Made by a program: the position numbers and the translations under genes
Assembly (NCBI GenBank): GCA_963726335.1
Contig: CAVSCD010000015.1
Span: 203,790 to 267,789 of the forward strand
DNA: 64,000 nt
Direction of reading: 5' to 3'
Origin: Candidatus Aminicenantes bacterium
GTDB lineage: Bacteria; Acidobacteriota; Aminicenantia; Aminicenantales; UBA8522
Notes under the pieces: generated by a model
Database searches by the model: none
Told to the model about the DNA's origin: nothing
Seen by the model: only the letters and a program-made list of their open reading frames with translations
Shown: piece by piece, positions 10,033 through 18,064 of the stretch
How the letters are laid out: the number at the start of each line of letters is the position of its first letter
How positions within the stretch are numbered: the stretch's first letter is position 1

Positions 10033-11788
10033 CTTCAGTATCGCCTCCGGCTTCTTTTTCTCGTCCGGGCCGGACCGGTAAACCTCCGATCCCGAGTTTG
10101 TTCTCGCGAACGACCTTCTCGCCTAACCGGACCAGGTTCCGCCGCCACGTCTCTATCTTGGCCAGGACTTTTTCCTCCCGGCCGGTGTGCCGGATCACGT
10201 TGCAGAGGAGCATGCTCTCTTCGAGCCAGTTTTTGACGTTGAACTCGGTCTCTCCCGGGCCGAGCGTGGTCAGCACGTGGGCGGAGGGAAGGGCGCGCCG
10301 GGGATGATCGACGATCTCCCGATAGGCCGCCGCCCGGTCCGCCAGCCCGTTCGCGGCGGTGAACTTCGTTAATTGCCCGGCGGCGGGCCGGCGGCAGTCA
10401 AGGTCTTTTCGGAACCGCCAAACCAGATTCCGGTCGGTTTCCTCCCCAAGCACGAGCTTCTTGAGACCGTCGTAGCGCAGGCATCTGTCTGCTTCGCACA
10501 GGCGGCCCGTTTCGAGCGCCAGATTCTCATAGGTTTTCTCTATCAGGGCGGCGGCACAGGCCGTCGCCGGGCCCCTGTCGCTCAGGGCTATCCGTGGCAG
10601 CGTGGCCAGGATTTCCCGGGCGAGGGCGACATGTTCGGTGAGCATGACATCCCGGATATTTTCAGCCCAACTGTCGGCGTTGGCCCGGTACATCTCCTCC
10701 AGGATGGAGCGCTGGACCTGGGCGCGGAAACGGTAGCCGCCTTTTTCCGGGATGATCTGGTAGGAGGCGTAGGCCGGGAGAGCTTCGATCCAGTCGTCGC
10801 AGACCTGCAGCCAGTCCGTCATGTCCGGAGTGACATAGATATTCTCGCCGCCGCCGGCGAGAAGTTGGTGGAGATGGGGGTCTTCCCCGAAGAACGGTTC
10901 GGACAGCTCGTTCAGCAGTCCCAAATAAATGGCGTCGATGGGGAAGATCCTCTGGAAGAAGACCATGTAAGCCGGGGACCGGCCCGGCAGCGCGGCCATC
11001 CGGTTCTCGAACTTCCGGATCGCCGTCCGCAACCTGTCGAGCGTCCTTCGGGCGCCGGCGAAATCCGCCGGTAATTGGCCGTCTTCGAACTTCCGGATGA
11101 GCTTCACTTCGTAGTCGAGGAGCCCCTTTTTCAGCTTGGCCAGCCCGCCGGAAATCTGGGCGAGCGAAACCTCCGGTTCAAGGGCCGATCTCTCCAGGCG
11201 CTGGATCTCGCCCGCGATGTAGGAAGGATCGTACCGCAGCGCCGCCGTGATCTTTTTCAGCTCGGCGAGAAATCCGGTCAACCGGCCCGTCGGCACGAGC
11301 TTGGCGTTGGCCAGAAGGAGGGCGTCGATATAGAAAGCGCGGCTGAACCGGCCGCAGACGAGGCGCCTCCTCTCGGTCCGAGCCCGGAGCGACAGGCGGC
11401 GGCTGCAGTCCCGGTCTTCGGCTTCCCGGTAGGTGTCGGCGACTGTCCTGTAAATGGCGTTCCGCAAAGTCTCCAGGTCTTTTTCCGCGGCGATGATCCG
11501 TCTGACCTTGTCGCCGTCGTAGGGAAGGCCGAAGGTTTTCCTGGCCAGCAGCCAGGCGCAGGCTTTTTCCTGTTCGAGGGCATCTCCGGCCCCCCGGTTG
11601 AGGAACCGGAGATAAAAACGGCTTTCCCCGGTCCCGGCCAACAATTTCTTCAGGCGTTCTTTACGGTCGGCGGGCAGCTTCCTGTAGCGTTTCAGCAGGG
11701 AGATCAGCACGCTCTTCTTGTTCGCGGCGCTCAAGGCTGAAATGAATTCTTTGTCTGTCACGATCCTGTCCCTCGCATCCAAAATCAT
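9806..11788 (-). CDS. uncharacterised protein; probably the N-terminal ~565 aa of the downstream giant protein, separated from it by an assembly frameshift
   Basis: Starts at ATG 11788..11786 (MILDARDRIVTDKEFISALSAANKK...). The longer 12082 start runs through low-GC intergenic DNA. Composition is protein-like up to ...RNLVRLGEKVVRENKLG (about 10095). It then becomes R/G/P-rich while overlapping the giant ORF by 227 nt. Confidence 0.6.
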   Translation of the reverse strand: MILDARDRIVTDKEFISALSAANKKSVLISLLKRYRKLPADRKERLKKLLAGTGESRFYLRFLNRGAGDALEQEKACAWLLARKTFGLPYDGDKVRRIIAAEKDLETLRNAIYRTVADTYREAEDRDCSRRLSLRARTERRRLVCGRFSRAFYIDALLLANAKLVPTGRLTGFLAELKKITAALRYDPSYIAGEIQRLERSALEPEVSLAQISGGLAKLKKGLLDYEVKLIRKFEDGQLPADFAGARRTLDRLRTAIRKFENRMAALPGRSPAYMVFFQRIFPIDAIYLGLLNELSEPFFGEDPHLHQLLAGGGENIYVTPDMTDWLQVCDDWIEALPAYASYQIIPEKGGYRFRAQVQRSILEEMYRANADSWAENIRDVMLTEHVALAREILATLPRIALSDRGPATACAAALIEKTYENLALETGRLCEADRCLRYDGLKKLVLGEETDRNLVWRFRKDLDCRRPAAGQLTKFTAANGLADRAAAYREIVDHPRRALPSAHVLTTLGPGETEFNVKNWLEESMLLCNVIRHTGREEKVLAKIETWRRNLVRLGEKVVRENKLGIGGLPVRPGREKEAGGDTEGALRLSRGGKTGRRPGPAVGPRRKRHRFPRPGGPGAGMCPGTAGRLGTRAGRPPGIGRAGRGGSPAAAGYPAPVD

Positions 11789-11805
11789 AGGCTCAGCAGG
11801 TAAGC

Positions 11806-11835
11806 ATAATATTCGGCCCCGGGAGCGCCTGTCAA
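11806..11835 (-). promoter_or_regulatory. sigma70-like promoter candidate for the giant ATP-grasp cassette
   Basis: On the minus strand: TTGACA (11835..11830), 18-nt spacer, TATTAT (11811..11806). It lies about 20 nt upstream of the ATG at 11788. Confidence 0.4.
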
Positions 11836-12036
11836 TGAACAAAATTCTCAGGTTCTCCAAGATGAGATGGCCGTTGCGCCTGACGGGTCCTGTCACGGTT
11901 CTCCCCCGGCGCCCGAACGGTCTATCATGTTCACTGCTTATCAAGAAGTTTGCCGCATCAAACGTTCGGTCGGCGGGGGGCCCCCGAACCGCGCCACCCA
12001 TCGAGCGCAATCGAAAACGGTTCTGACGTGGGGCAG

Positions 12037-12067
12037 TTGAAAAAAATGGCCGCCTGGTATATATAAT
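12037..12067 (+). promoter_or_regulatory. sigma70-like promoter candidate for the RHH-sat-cysC unit
   Basis: TTGAAA at 12037..12042 is followed by a TATATATAAT block at 12058..12067. This gives TATATA at 17-nt spacing or TATAAT at 19 nt. The surrounding intergenic stretch is AT-rich. Confidence 0.4.
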
Positions 12068-12136
12068 GGTTTCATTTTGCATAACTTAAGCCCGCTGTCC
12101 CCGACCGGGGAGCCGGCCAGGATTAAAGGATTGATC

Positions 12137-12349
12137 ATGGACAAAGAGCTGATGGCTGTTTCTATTCCGGCTTCCCTTTACAGGAAGATCGAGGAGACGA
12201 TCAAAGGGACCGGGGAATCGTCGGTCGAGGACTACGTGACCAAGGTCCTCAGGGAAAAGCTCTCCCAGATGGCCCCGGGCGAGGCCTTCACCAAGGAAGA
12301 CGAGGACAAGGTCAAGGCGCGGCTCAAGGCGCTCGGCTACATCGACTGA
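12137..12349 (+). CDS. small ribbon-helix-helix (CopG/Arc-like) protein
   Basis: 70 aa starting MDKELMAVSIPASLYRKIEETIK, with an AAAGGA RBS at 12125..12130. The N-terminal beta-strand/helix pattern is typical of RHH proteins. The assignment rests on pattern only. Confidence 0.5.
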   Translation: MDKELMAVSIPASLYRKIEETIKGTGESSVEDYVTKVLREKLSQMAPGEAFTKEDEDKVKARLKALGYID

Positions 12350-12415
12350 ATCCTGTCCGCGACGATGACGATCGTTGGGACACGAAGCGTGCCGGCTGAA
12401 GATACGGAGGATAAG

Positions 12416-13564
12416 ATGATCCCACCTCACGGCGGAAAGCTCGTCGACAGAGTGCTCAAGGGCGACTGCCGGGAAGAGGCGCTGGAGAAGGCGAAAAGCC
12501 TGCCGGTCCTCAAGATCGACGACGAATCCATATCCGATGTCGAGAACATCGCCACGGGCGTTTTTTCGCCGCTCGAGGGCTTCCTGGGGAAGAGGAGTTT
12601 CCGGAGCGTCCTCCACGAGATGCGCCTGCCGGACGACCTCCCCTGGACGATCCCGATCATCCTCGACGCCGGACGGGAGGAGGCGGCCGGGTTCAAGGAG
12701 GGCGGCGAGGTCCTTCTCGCCGGCCACGACGGGCATCCGGTGGCCATCCTCCATCTTGAGGAAAAGTACGAATATGACAGGGAGGAGCTCGCCGAGAAGG
12801 TTTTCCTGACCGCCGACCGCGCCCACCCGGGCGTCGCCAAAGCGATGGCCAGGAAAGATATCCTCTTGGCCGGCCCGGTCGACCTGATCGACATCTCGCC
12901 CACGCCGTTCGACAGGTACAAGCTCAGCCCCAAGGAAACGCGCATCCTGTTCAAGGAAAAGGGCTGGAAGACGGTGGTCGCCTTTCAGACCCGGAACACG
13001 CCCCATATCGGGCACGAATACCTCCAGAAGACCGCCCTGACGTTCACCGACGGGATCTTCGTCAACCCGGTGATCGGCCGGAAAAAGAAGGGCGATTTCA
13101 AGGATGAGGTCATCCTCGCCTCCTACGAGGAGCTCATCCGCAACTATTACCTCAAGGAGCGGGCGGTCATGGCGATCCTGCAGATGGAGATGAGGTACGC
13201 CGGGCCGCGCGAGGCCATCTTTCATGCCGTCGTCCGGAAGAATTTCGGCTGCACCCACATCATCATCGGCCGGGACCACGCCGGCGTCGGGAATTATTAC
13301 CTGCCCTATGCCGCCCAGGACATCTTCGAGGAGTTTCCCGACCTGGGCATCGCGCCGCTCTTTTTCCGGTCGTTCTATCACTGCCGGAAGTGCGGGTCGG
13401 CGGTGAACGAGAAGACCTGTCCCCATCCGTCATCCGAGCACATCCAGTTCTCGGGGACGAAGATCCGTGACATGCTGGTCAAGGGCGAGGTCCCGCCGCC
13501 CGAGCTGATGAGGCCGGAAGTGGCGGAGGTCATCATGCGGTTCAAGGATCCGTTCGTAGCCTAG
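12416..13564 (+). CDS. sat: sulfate adenylyltransferase (ATP sulfurylase)
   Basis: QTRNTPHIGHEYL and GRDHAGVG motifs. Start chosen at ATG 12416, preceded by GGAGGA; the ORF track start at 12365 has no RBS. Confidence 0.9.
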   Translation: MIPPHGGKLVDRVLKGDCREEALEKAKSLPVLKIDDESISDVENIATGVFSPLEGFLGKRSFRSVLHEMRLPDDLPWTIPIILDAGREEAAGFKEGGEVLLAGHDGHPVAILHLEEKYEYDREELAEKVFLTADRAHPGVAKAMARKDILLAGPVDLIDISPTPFDRYKLSPKETRILFKEKGWKTVVAFQTRNTPHIGHEYLQKTALTFTDGIFVNPVIGRKKKGDFKDEVILASYEELIRNYYLKERAVMAILQMEMRYAGPREAIFHAVVRKNFGCTHIIIGRDHAGVGNYYLPYAAQDIFEEFPDLGIAPLFFRSFYHCRKCGSAVNEKTCPHPSSEHIQFSGTKIRDMLVKGEVPPPELMRPEVAEVIMRFKDPFVA

Positions 13565-13587
13565 GCGCCGGGGGAGGGAGAAAGAAC

Positions 13588-14142
13588 ATGGCCGAAAAAA
13601 CTTGCTGCGATCAGAAGGGGTTCACGCTCTGGTTCACCGGGCTGCCCTGCTCGGGGAAGTCGGTTGTGGCCGACCGCCTGGCCGAGGTGCTCAAGGCCCG
13701 CGGGCTCAGGGCGGAGCGGCTGGACGGCGACATCGTCCGCCAGAGCCTGACCCGGGACCTGGGCTTCTCGCGCCAGGACCGGGACGAGAACATCCGCAGG
13801 GTGACGTTCGTGGCCAAGCTCCTGACGAGAAACGGGGTGGCGGTGCTGACGTCGTTCATCTCGCCCTACCGGGACATCCGGGCCGAAGCCCGCCGGGAGA
13901 TCGGCGAGTTCATCGAGGTCTACACGAAGTGCGCCCTCGAGGTGTGTATCGAGAGGGACGTCAAGGGCATGTATAAGAAGGCCATGAGGGGGGAGATCAA
14001 GGAATTCACCGGGATCTCCGACCCCTACGAAGAGCCCCTGGACCCCGAGATTCTCCTCGAAACGGACAAAGAGACGCCTGAAGAGAGCGTCGGCAAGGTC
14101 CTGAAGCGGCTCGAGGCCATGGGCTGCCTCAAGTCCGAATAG
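13588..14142 (+). CDS. cysC: adenylylsulfate (APS) kinase
   Basis: 184 aa with P-loop GLPCSGKS, LDGDIVR and family length. Confidence 0.9.
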   Translation: MAEKTCCDQKGFTLWFTGLPCSGKSVVADRLAEVLKARGLRAERLDGDIVRQSLTRDLGFSRQDRDENIRRVTFVAKLLTRNGVAVLTSFISPYRDIRAEARREIGEFIEVYTKCALEVCIERDVKGMYKKAMRGEIKEFTGISDPYEEPLDPEILLETDKETPEESVGKVLKRLEAMGCLKSE

Positions 14143-14155
14143 AGGAGAGGGGACC

Positions 14156-15082
14156 ATGGGATTCCACCTCGTCACCGGAGGGGCGGGCTTTATCGGTTCC
14201 CACATCGTCGAGGAGCTTCTGACGCGGGGGGAGAGAGTCCGTGTCCTGGACAACTTTCTCACGGGCAAGCGGGAAAACCTCGCCCCCTTTCTCGACCGGA
14301 TCGAGCTCATCGAGGGCGACATCCGCGAGCCGGCCGCCTGCCGCCGGGCGGTCGACGGGGTCGACGACGTCCTCCACCAGGCGGCGCTGCCGTCGGTGCC
14401 AAGGTCGATCGAGAACCCGGTTCTATCCAACGAAATCAGTGTGAACGGGACACTCAACATGCTATGGGCTTCACGGGAAGCCAAGGTCAAGAGGTTCGTT
14501 TTCGCTTCTTCGTCTTCCGTTTACGGGGACGAAACAGCGCCTGCCGCAAAAAGAGGGAAGGAGGGAAATGTCCTATCGCCTTATGCGCTGGGCAAGAAGG
14601 CGGGCGAGATGTACTGCTCGCTTTTCCGTAAGCTCTATGGGTTGGGGACCGTCGCCCTGCGGTATTTCAATGTCTTCGGTCCCCGCCAGGATCCTTTATC
14701 CCAGTATGCCGCGGCGGTGCCGCTGTTCGTCACCAGGTTTCTCTCGGGACAGGGTCCGACGATCTTCGGGGACGGGGAGCAATCCCGGGATTTCACCTAC
14801 GTCGCCAACATCGTCGAGGCGAATCTTCGCGCCCTCGACGCTCCCGAAGCGGCGTTGGGCGAAGTCTTCAATATCGCCTGCGGCCAGCCGATGACGGTCA
14901 ATTCGCTGGCGGACGAGATCAAACGGTTGACCGCGGCCGCGGCGTCGCACCGGTGCATGCCGAACCGGCGCGCGCCGGCGAGATCCGTCACTCGCTCGCC
15001 GACATCTCGAAAGCCGCCAGGATGCTCGATTACGCGCCGTTCGGACCTTGCGCGACGGCCTTGTCAAAACCGTCGATGGTAA
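14156..15082 (+). CDS. NAD-dependent nucleotide-sugar epimerase/dehydratase (UDP-glucuronate/UDP-glucose 4-epimerase-like); 3' end frameshifted as assembled
   Basis: Rossmann motif GGAGFIGSH and SDR catalytic region YALGKKAGE. From about 14930 the expected C-terminus (VAPVHAEPARAGEIRHSLADISKAARMLDYAP, then RTLRDGLVKTVD) is readable only by changing frame twice. Confidence 0.8.
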   Translation: MGFHLVTGGAGFIGSHIVEELLTRGERVRVLDNFLTGKRENLAPFLDRIELIEGDIREPAACRRAVDGVDDVLHQAALPSVPRSIENPVLSNEISVNGTLNMLWASREAKVKRFVFASSSSVYGDETAPAAKRGKEGNVLSPYALGKKAGEMYCSLFRKLYGLGTVALRYFNVFGPRQDPLSQYAAAVPLFVTRFLSGQGPTIFGDGEQSRDFTYVANIVEANLRALDAPEAALGEVFNIACGQPMTVNSLADEIKRLTAAAASHRCMPNRRAPARSVTRSPTSRKPPGCSITRRSDLARRPCQNRRW

Positions 15083-15097
15083 AGGGAAGGGGTTGAC

Positions 15098-16418
15098 ATG
15101 AACCCAGAGTTCGAAGCGCTGAAGAAGAAGATTGAGGCCAAACACGCCCGCGTGGGCGTGGTCGGCCTCGGCTACGTGGGGCTGCCGCTCGTCAAGCTGT
15201 TCCTGAATAAGGGCTTTTCGGTCACCGGGTTCGACATCGACCCCCGGAAGGTGTCCCTGCTGAACCAGGGCCAAAGCTATATCCGCCACATCTCCGCGAA
15301 GGAGCTTCAGCTCTTCCTGAAGCAGAAGAAATTCAAAGCGACCGCCGATTTCTCGAAGCTCAGGGATGTCGACGCCGTCATCATCTGCGTGCCGACCCCC
15401 CTGGATGCCCACAAGAATCCCGACCTGTCGTACGTCCTGGGGACGGCCGAGGTCATCGGCAAGTATCTGCGGAAGGGCCAGTTGGTCTCTCTCGAGAGCA
15501 CGACCTATCCCGGGACGACCGAAGAGGAGCTCCTGCCGATCCTCGAGCGCCGCGGACTCAAGGCCGGCCGGGACTTCTTCCTCGCCTTCTCGCCGGAGCG
15601 CGAGGATCCCGGCAACAAGCAGTTCTCCACCGAGACCATTCCCAAGGTCGTCGGCGGCCTCACGCCGGACTGCCGCCGGTTGGCCGGGTTGCTGTACGGC
15701 CAGGTCGTCCTCAAGACCATCATCGTTTCCTCGCCCCGGGTCGCCGAGGCCGTCAAGCTCTTGGAGAACATCTTCCGGTCGGTCAACATCGCGCTCGTCA
15801 ACGAGATGAAGATCATCCTGGAGCTGATGGGCATCGACGTCTGGGAGGTCATCAAGGCGGCCTCCTACCAAGCCCTTCGGCTACATGCCCTTCTATCCCG
15901 GCCCAGGCTACGGCGGTCACTGCATTCCGGTCGACCCCTTTTACCTGACCTGGAAGGCGAAGGAAGTCGACTACAACACCAAGTTCATCGAGCTCGCGGG
16001 CGAGATCAATACCCGGATGCCTTATTACGTCGTCAACAAGACGATCGAGGCCCTGAACGCCAGGGGCCGGTCCATCCGCGGCGCGAAGGTCCTCGTCCTG
16101 GGCATCGCCTATAAGAAAGACATCGACGACCAGCGGGAGTCACCCACCCTCAAGATCGTGAGCATCTTGAAAGCCAAGGGAGCCCGGGTCGATTACAACG
16201 ACCCGTATGTGCCCCGGTCGTCGGGCCACCGCGAGTATCCCGGCCTCGAATTGCGCTCGGTCGCCCTGACGGCCCGGCGCCTCAAGTCGAGCGACGCGGT
16301 CATCATCGCCACCGACCATTCGAGCTACGATTATGACTGGATCGTGAGTCTGGCGCCGCTTGTCGTCGATACCCGTAACGCGGTCGGCCGCAAGAGAAAG
16401 AACGTCGTCAAGGCCTAG
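15098..16418 (+). CDS. UDP-sugar (UDP-N-acetyl-amino-sugar type, WbpA/WecC/TviB-like) dehydrogenase; one frameshift as assembled
   Basis: N-terminal GVVGLGYVGLPL in ORF 15098... The catalytic segment TKPFGYMPFYPGPGYGGHCIPVDP continues in ORF 15885..16418. An extra base near 15866 (cctccTacca) separates the frames. Confidence 0.8.
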
Positions 16419-16441
16419 CGGCCTCCGAGGAGGCGGGAGCC

Positions 16442-17746
16442 ATGAAGATCGGAGTCATCGGCACAGGCTATGTCGGGCTCGTGACGGCGGCCGGGCTGGC
16501 CGAGCTGGGCCACCACGTGACCGGCACGGACAAGCTGGGGGACAAGATCGAAAAGATCTCCAGGGGAGCCATCCCGATCTACGAGCCGGGGCTCGACGAG
16601 CTCCTCGCCGCGAACGTCAAGCAGAACAGGCTATCCTTCAGCCCGGACCTCGACCGGACGATCCGGGAAGCCGACGTCATCTTCGTCTGCGTCGGCACGC
16701 CCCAACACCCCGACGGCAGCGCCGATATGTCCCAGATCGAGGAGGTTTCCCGGCTCATCGCCCGGAACCTCAACGACTACAAGGTCGTCGTCGAGAAGAG
16801 CACGGTCCCGGTGAAGACCTCCTTCTGGATCAAGCGCACGATCTCCCTCTACAAGAAAGCGAACATCGAGTTCGACATCGCTTCGAACCCCGAGTTCCTG
16901 CGCGAGGGTTCGGCGGTCGCCGATTTCCTGAACCCCGACCGGATCATCGTCGGCGTCGAAAGCGACAGGGCCCGCGACATCCTGTGCGGCATCTACGACC
17001 GCTTCAAGGAGCGGGTCGTGGTCACGAACATCGACACCGCCGAGCTGATCAAGCACGCCTCGAATTCGTTTCTCGCCCTCAAGATCTCCTACATCAACCT
17101 GATCGCGAACATCTGCGACAAGACCGAGGCCAACATCGAGCAGGTGGGCAAGGGCATGGGCCTCGACCCCCGCATCGGCGGCCGGTTCCTCAAGGCCGGG
17201 ATCGGCTACGGCGGCTCCTGTTTTCCCAAGGACATCAAGGCGCTGGTGAACATCGGCGAGGAGTTGGGCGTCGACATGAGCCTGCTCAAGGAAGCGGACC
17301 GGATCAACCTCGACCGGGGGCACGCCTTCATCGACAAGATCAAGGGGGCGCTCTGGATCCTCAAGGACAAGGAGATCGCCGTCCTGGGACTGGCCTTCAA
17401 GCCGGAGACGGATGACATCCGCGAGGCCCCGAGCCTCCGGATCGTCAGGGAGCTGCTGCGGGAAGGGGCCCGGCTGAGGCTCTACGACCCTCAGGCGGCC
17501 GGGAACTTCAAACATCAATTTCCCGAAGCGGCCGGGCGGGTCGCCTATCCGGCCTCGGTCTACCAGGCGGTGGAGAAGGCGAACGCCGCCCTCATCCTGA
17601 CCGAGTGGGAGGAGTTCGCCAAGCTCGACCTGGCGCGGGTGAAGCAGGCCATGGCCAACCCGATCATCGTCGACGGCCGGAACATCTTCGATCCCGAGAC
17701 GCTGAAAGGGCTCGGGTTCGAATACTATTCCATCGGCCGCAAATAA
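16442..17746 (+). CDS. ugd: UDP-glucose 6-dehydrogenase
   Basis: 434 aa with MKIGVIGTGYVGLVTAA and GYGGSCFPKD, full length. Confidence 0.9.
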   Translation: MKIGVIGTGYVGLVTAAGLAELGHHVTGTDKLGDKIEKISRGAIPIYEPGLDELLAANVKQNRLSFSPDLDRTIREADVIFVCVGTPQHPDGSADMSQIEEVSRLIARNLNDYKVVVEKSTVPVKTSFWIKRTISLYKKANIEFDIASNPEFLREGSAVADFLNPDRIIVGVESDRARDILCGIYDRFKERVVVTNIDTAELIKHASNSFLALKISYINLIANICDKTEANIEQVGKGMGLDPRIGGRFLKAGIGYGGSCFPKDIKALVNIGEELGVDMSLLKEADRINLDRGHAFIDKIKGALWILKDKEIAVLGLAFKPETDDIREAPSLRIVRELLREGARLRLYDPQAAGNFKHQFPEAAGRVAYPASVYQAVEKANAALILTEWEEFAKLDLARVKQAMANPIIVDGRNIFDPETLKGLGFEYYSIGRK

Positions 17747-17762
17747 GATCAGCGGCTCTGGC

Positions 17763-18060
17763 GAAGCCGAACAGCCGCCTTCGGCCTGATCGCCCATTCT
17801 GGTTCTTAATAGCGCGTCCTGTCCTCGGCGCGTCCTTCTCGGGTGCGTACCTCGCGCCTCAACCCGTGACAACGACGGTTAGCGTTGTTCCTATGGGAGA
17901 GGGGCTCCCCATGTCGCTCCGGGCGCAGTACAGACTGGCCGCCGCGCAACCCGGTACCCTCGAAGAGCACCTCGGAACAGCGCTGAACCCACAGGTCGCG
18001 CGCCGCCGAGCAGGCGGCTGTTCAGCTTCCCTATTCTACTCCTGCGGTCAGCTGGTTTTT
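17763..18060 (+). repeat. interspersed intergenic element, copy A1 (long closing helix, conserved core, T5 tail)
   Basis: Arms GAAGCCGAACAGCCGCCTTCGGC (17763..17785) and GCCGAGCAGGCGGCTGTTCAGCTTC (18005..18029) are complementary. The core shares the blocks CCCATTCtGGTTCTTAA, TGCGTAcCTCGCGC, CCCTCGAAG and CTGAACCCaCAGGTCGC with 22540..22829. It ends in GCTGGTTTTT (T5 at 18056..18060). Confidence 0.75.
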
Positions 18061-18064
18061 ATTT

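Noticed and set aside
10032-10125. Programmed ribosomal frameshift joining the two large ORFs
   Set aside because: There is no slippery heptamer or downstream structure at the junction (GAG AAC AAA CTC GGG ATC GGA). The window also contains many comparable frame breaks in housekeeping genes, so an assembly indel is the simpler explanation.
7411-10236. 941-aa plus-strand ORF antisense to the giant ATP-grasp ORF
   Set aside because: It has an R/G/P/A-rich low-complexity translation. The minus-strand frame has balanced composition, ATP-grasp motifs in the correct order and translational coupling to the next gene. The plus-strand ORF is therefore treated as a GC artefact.
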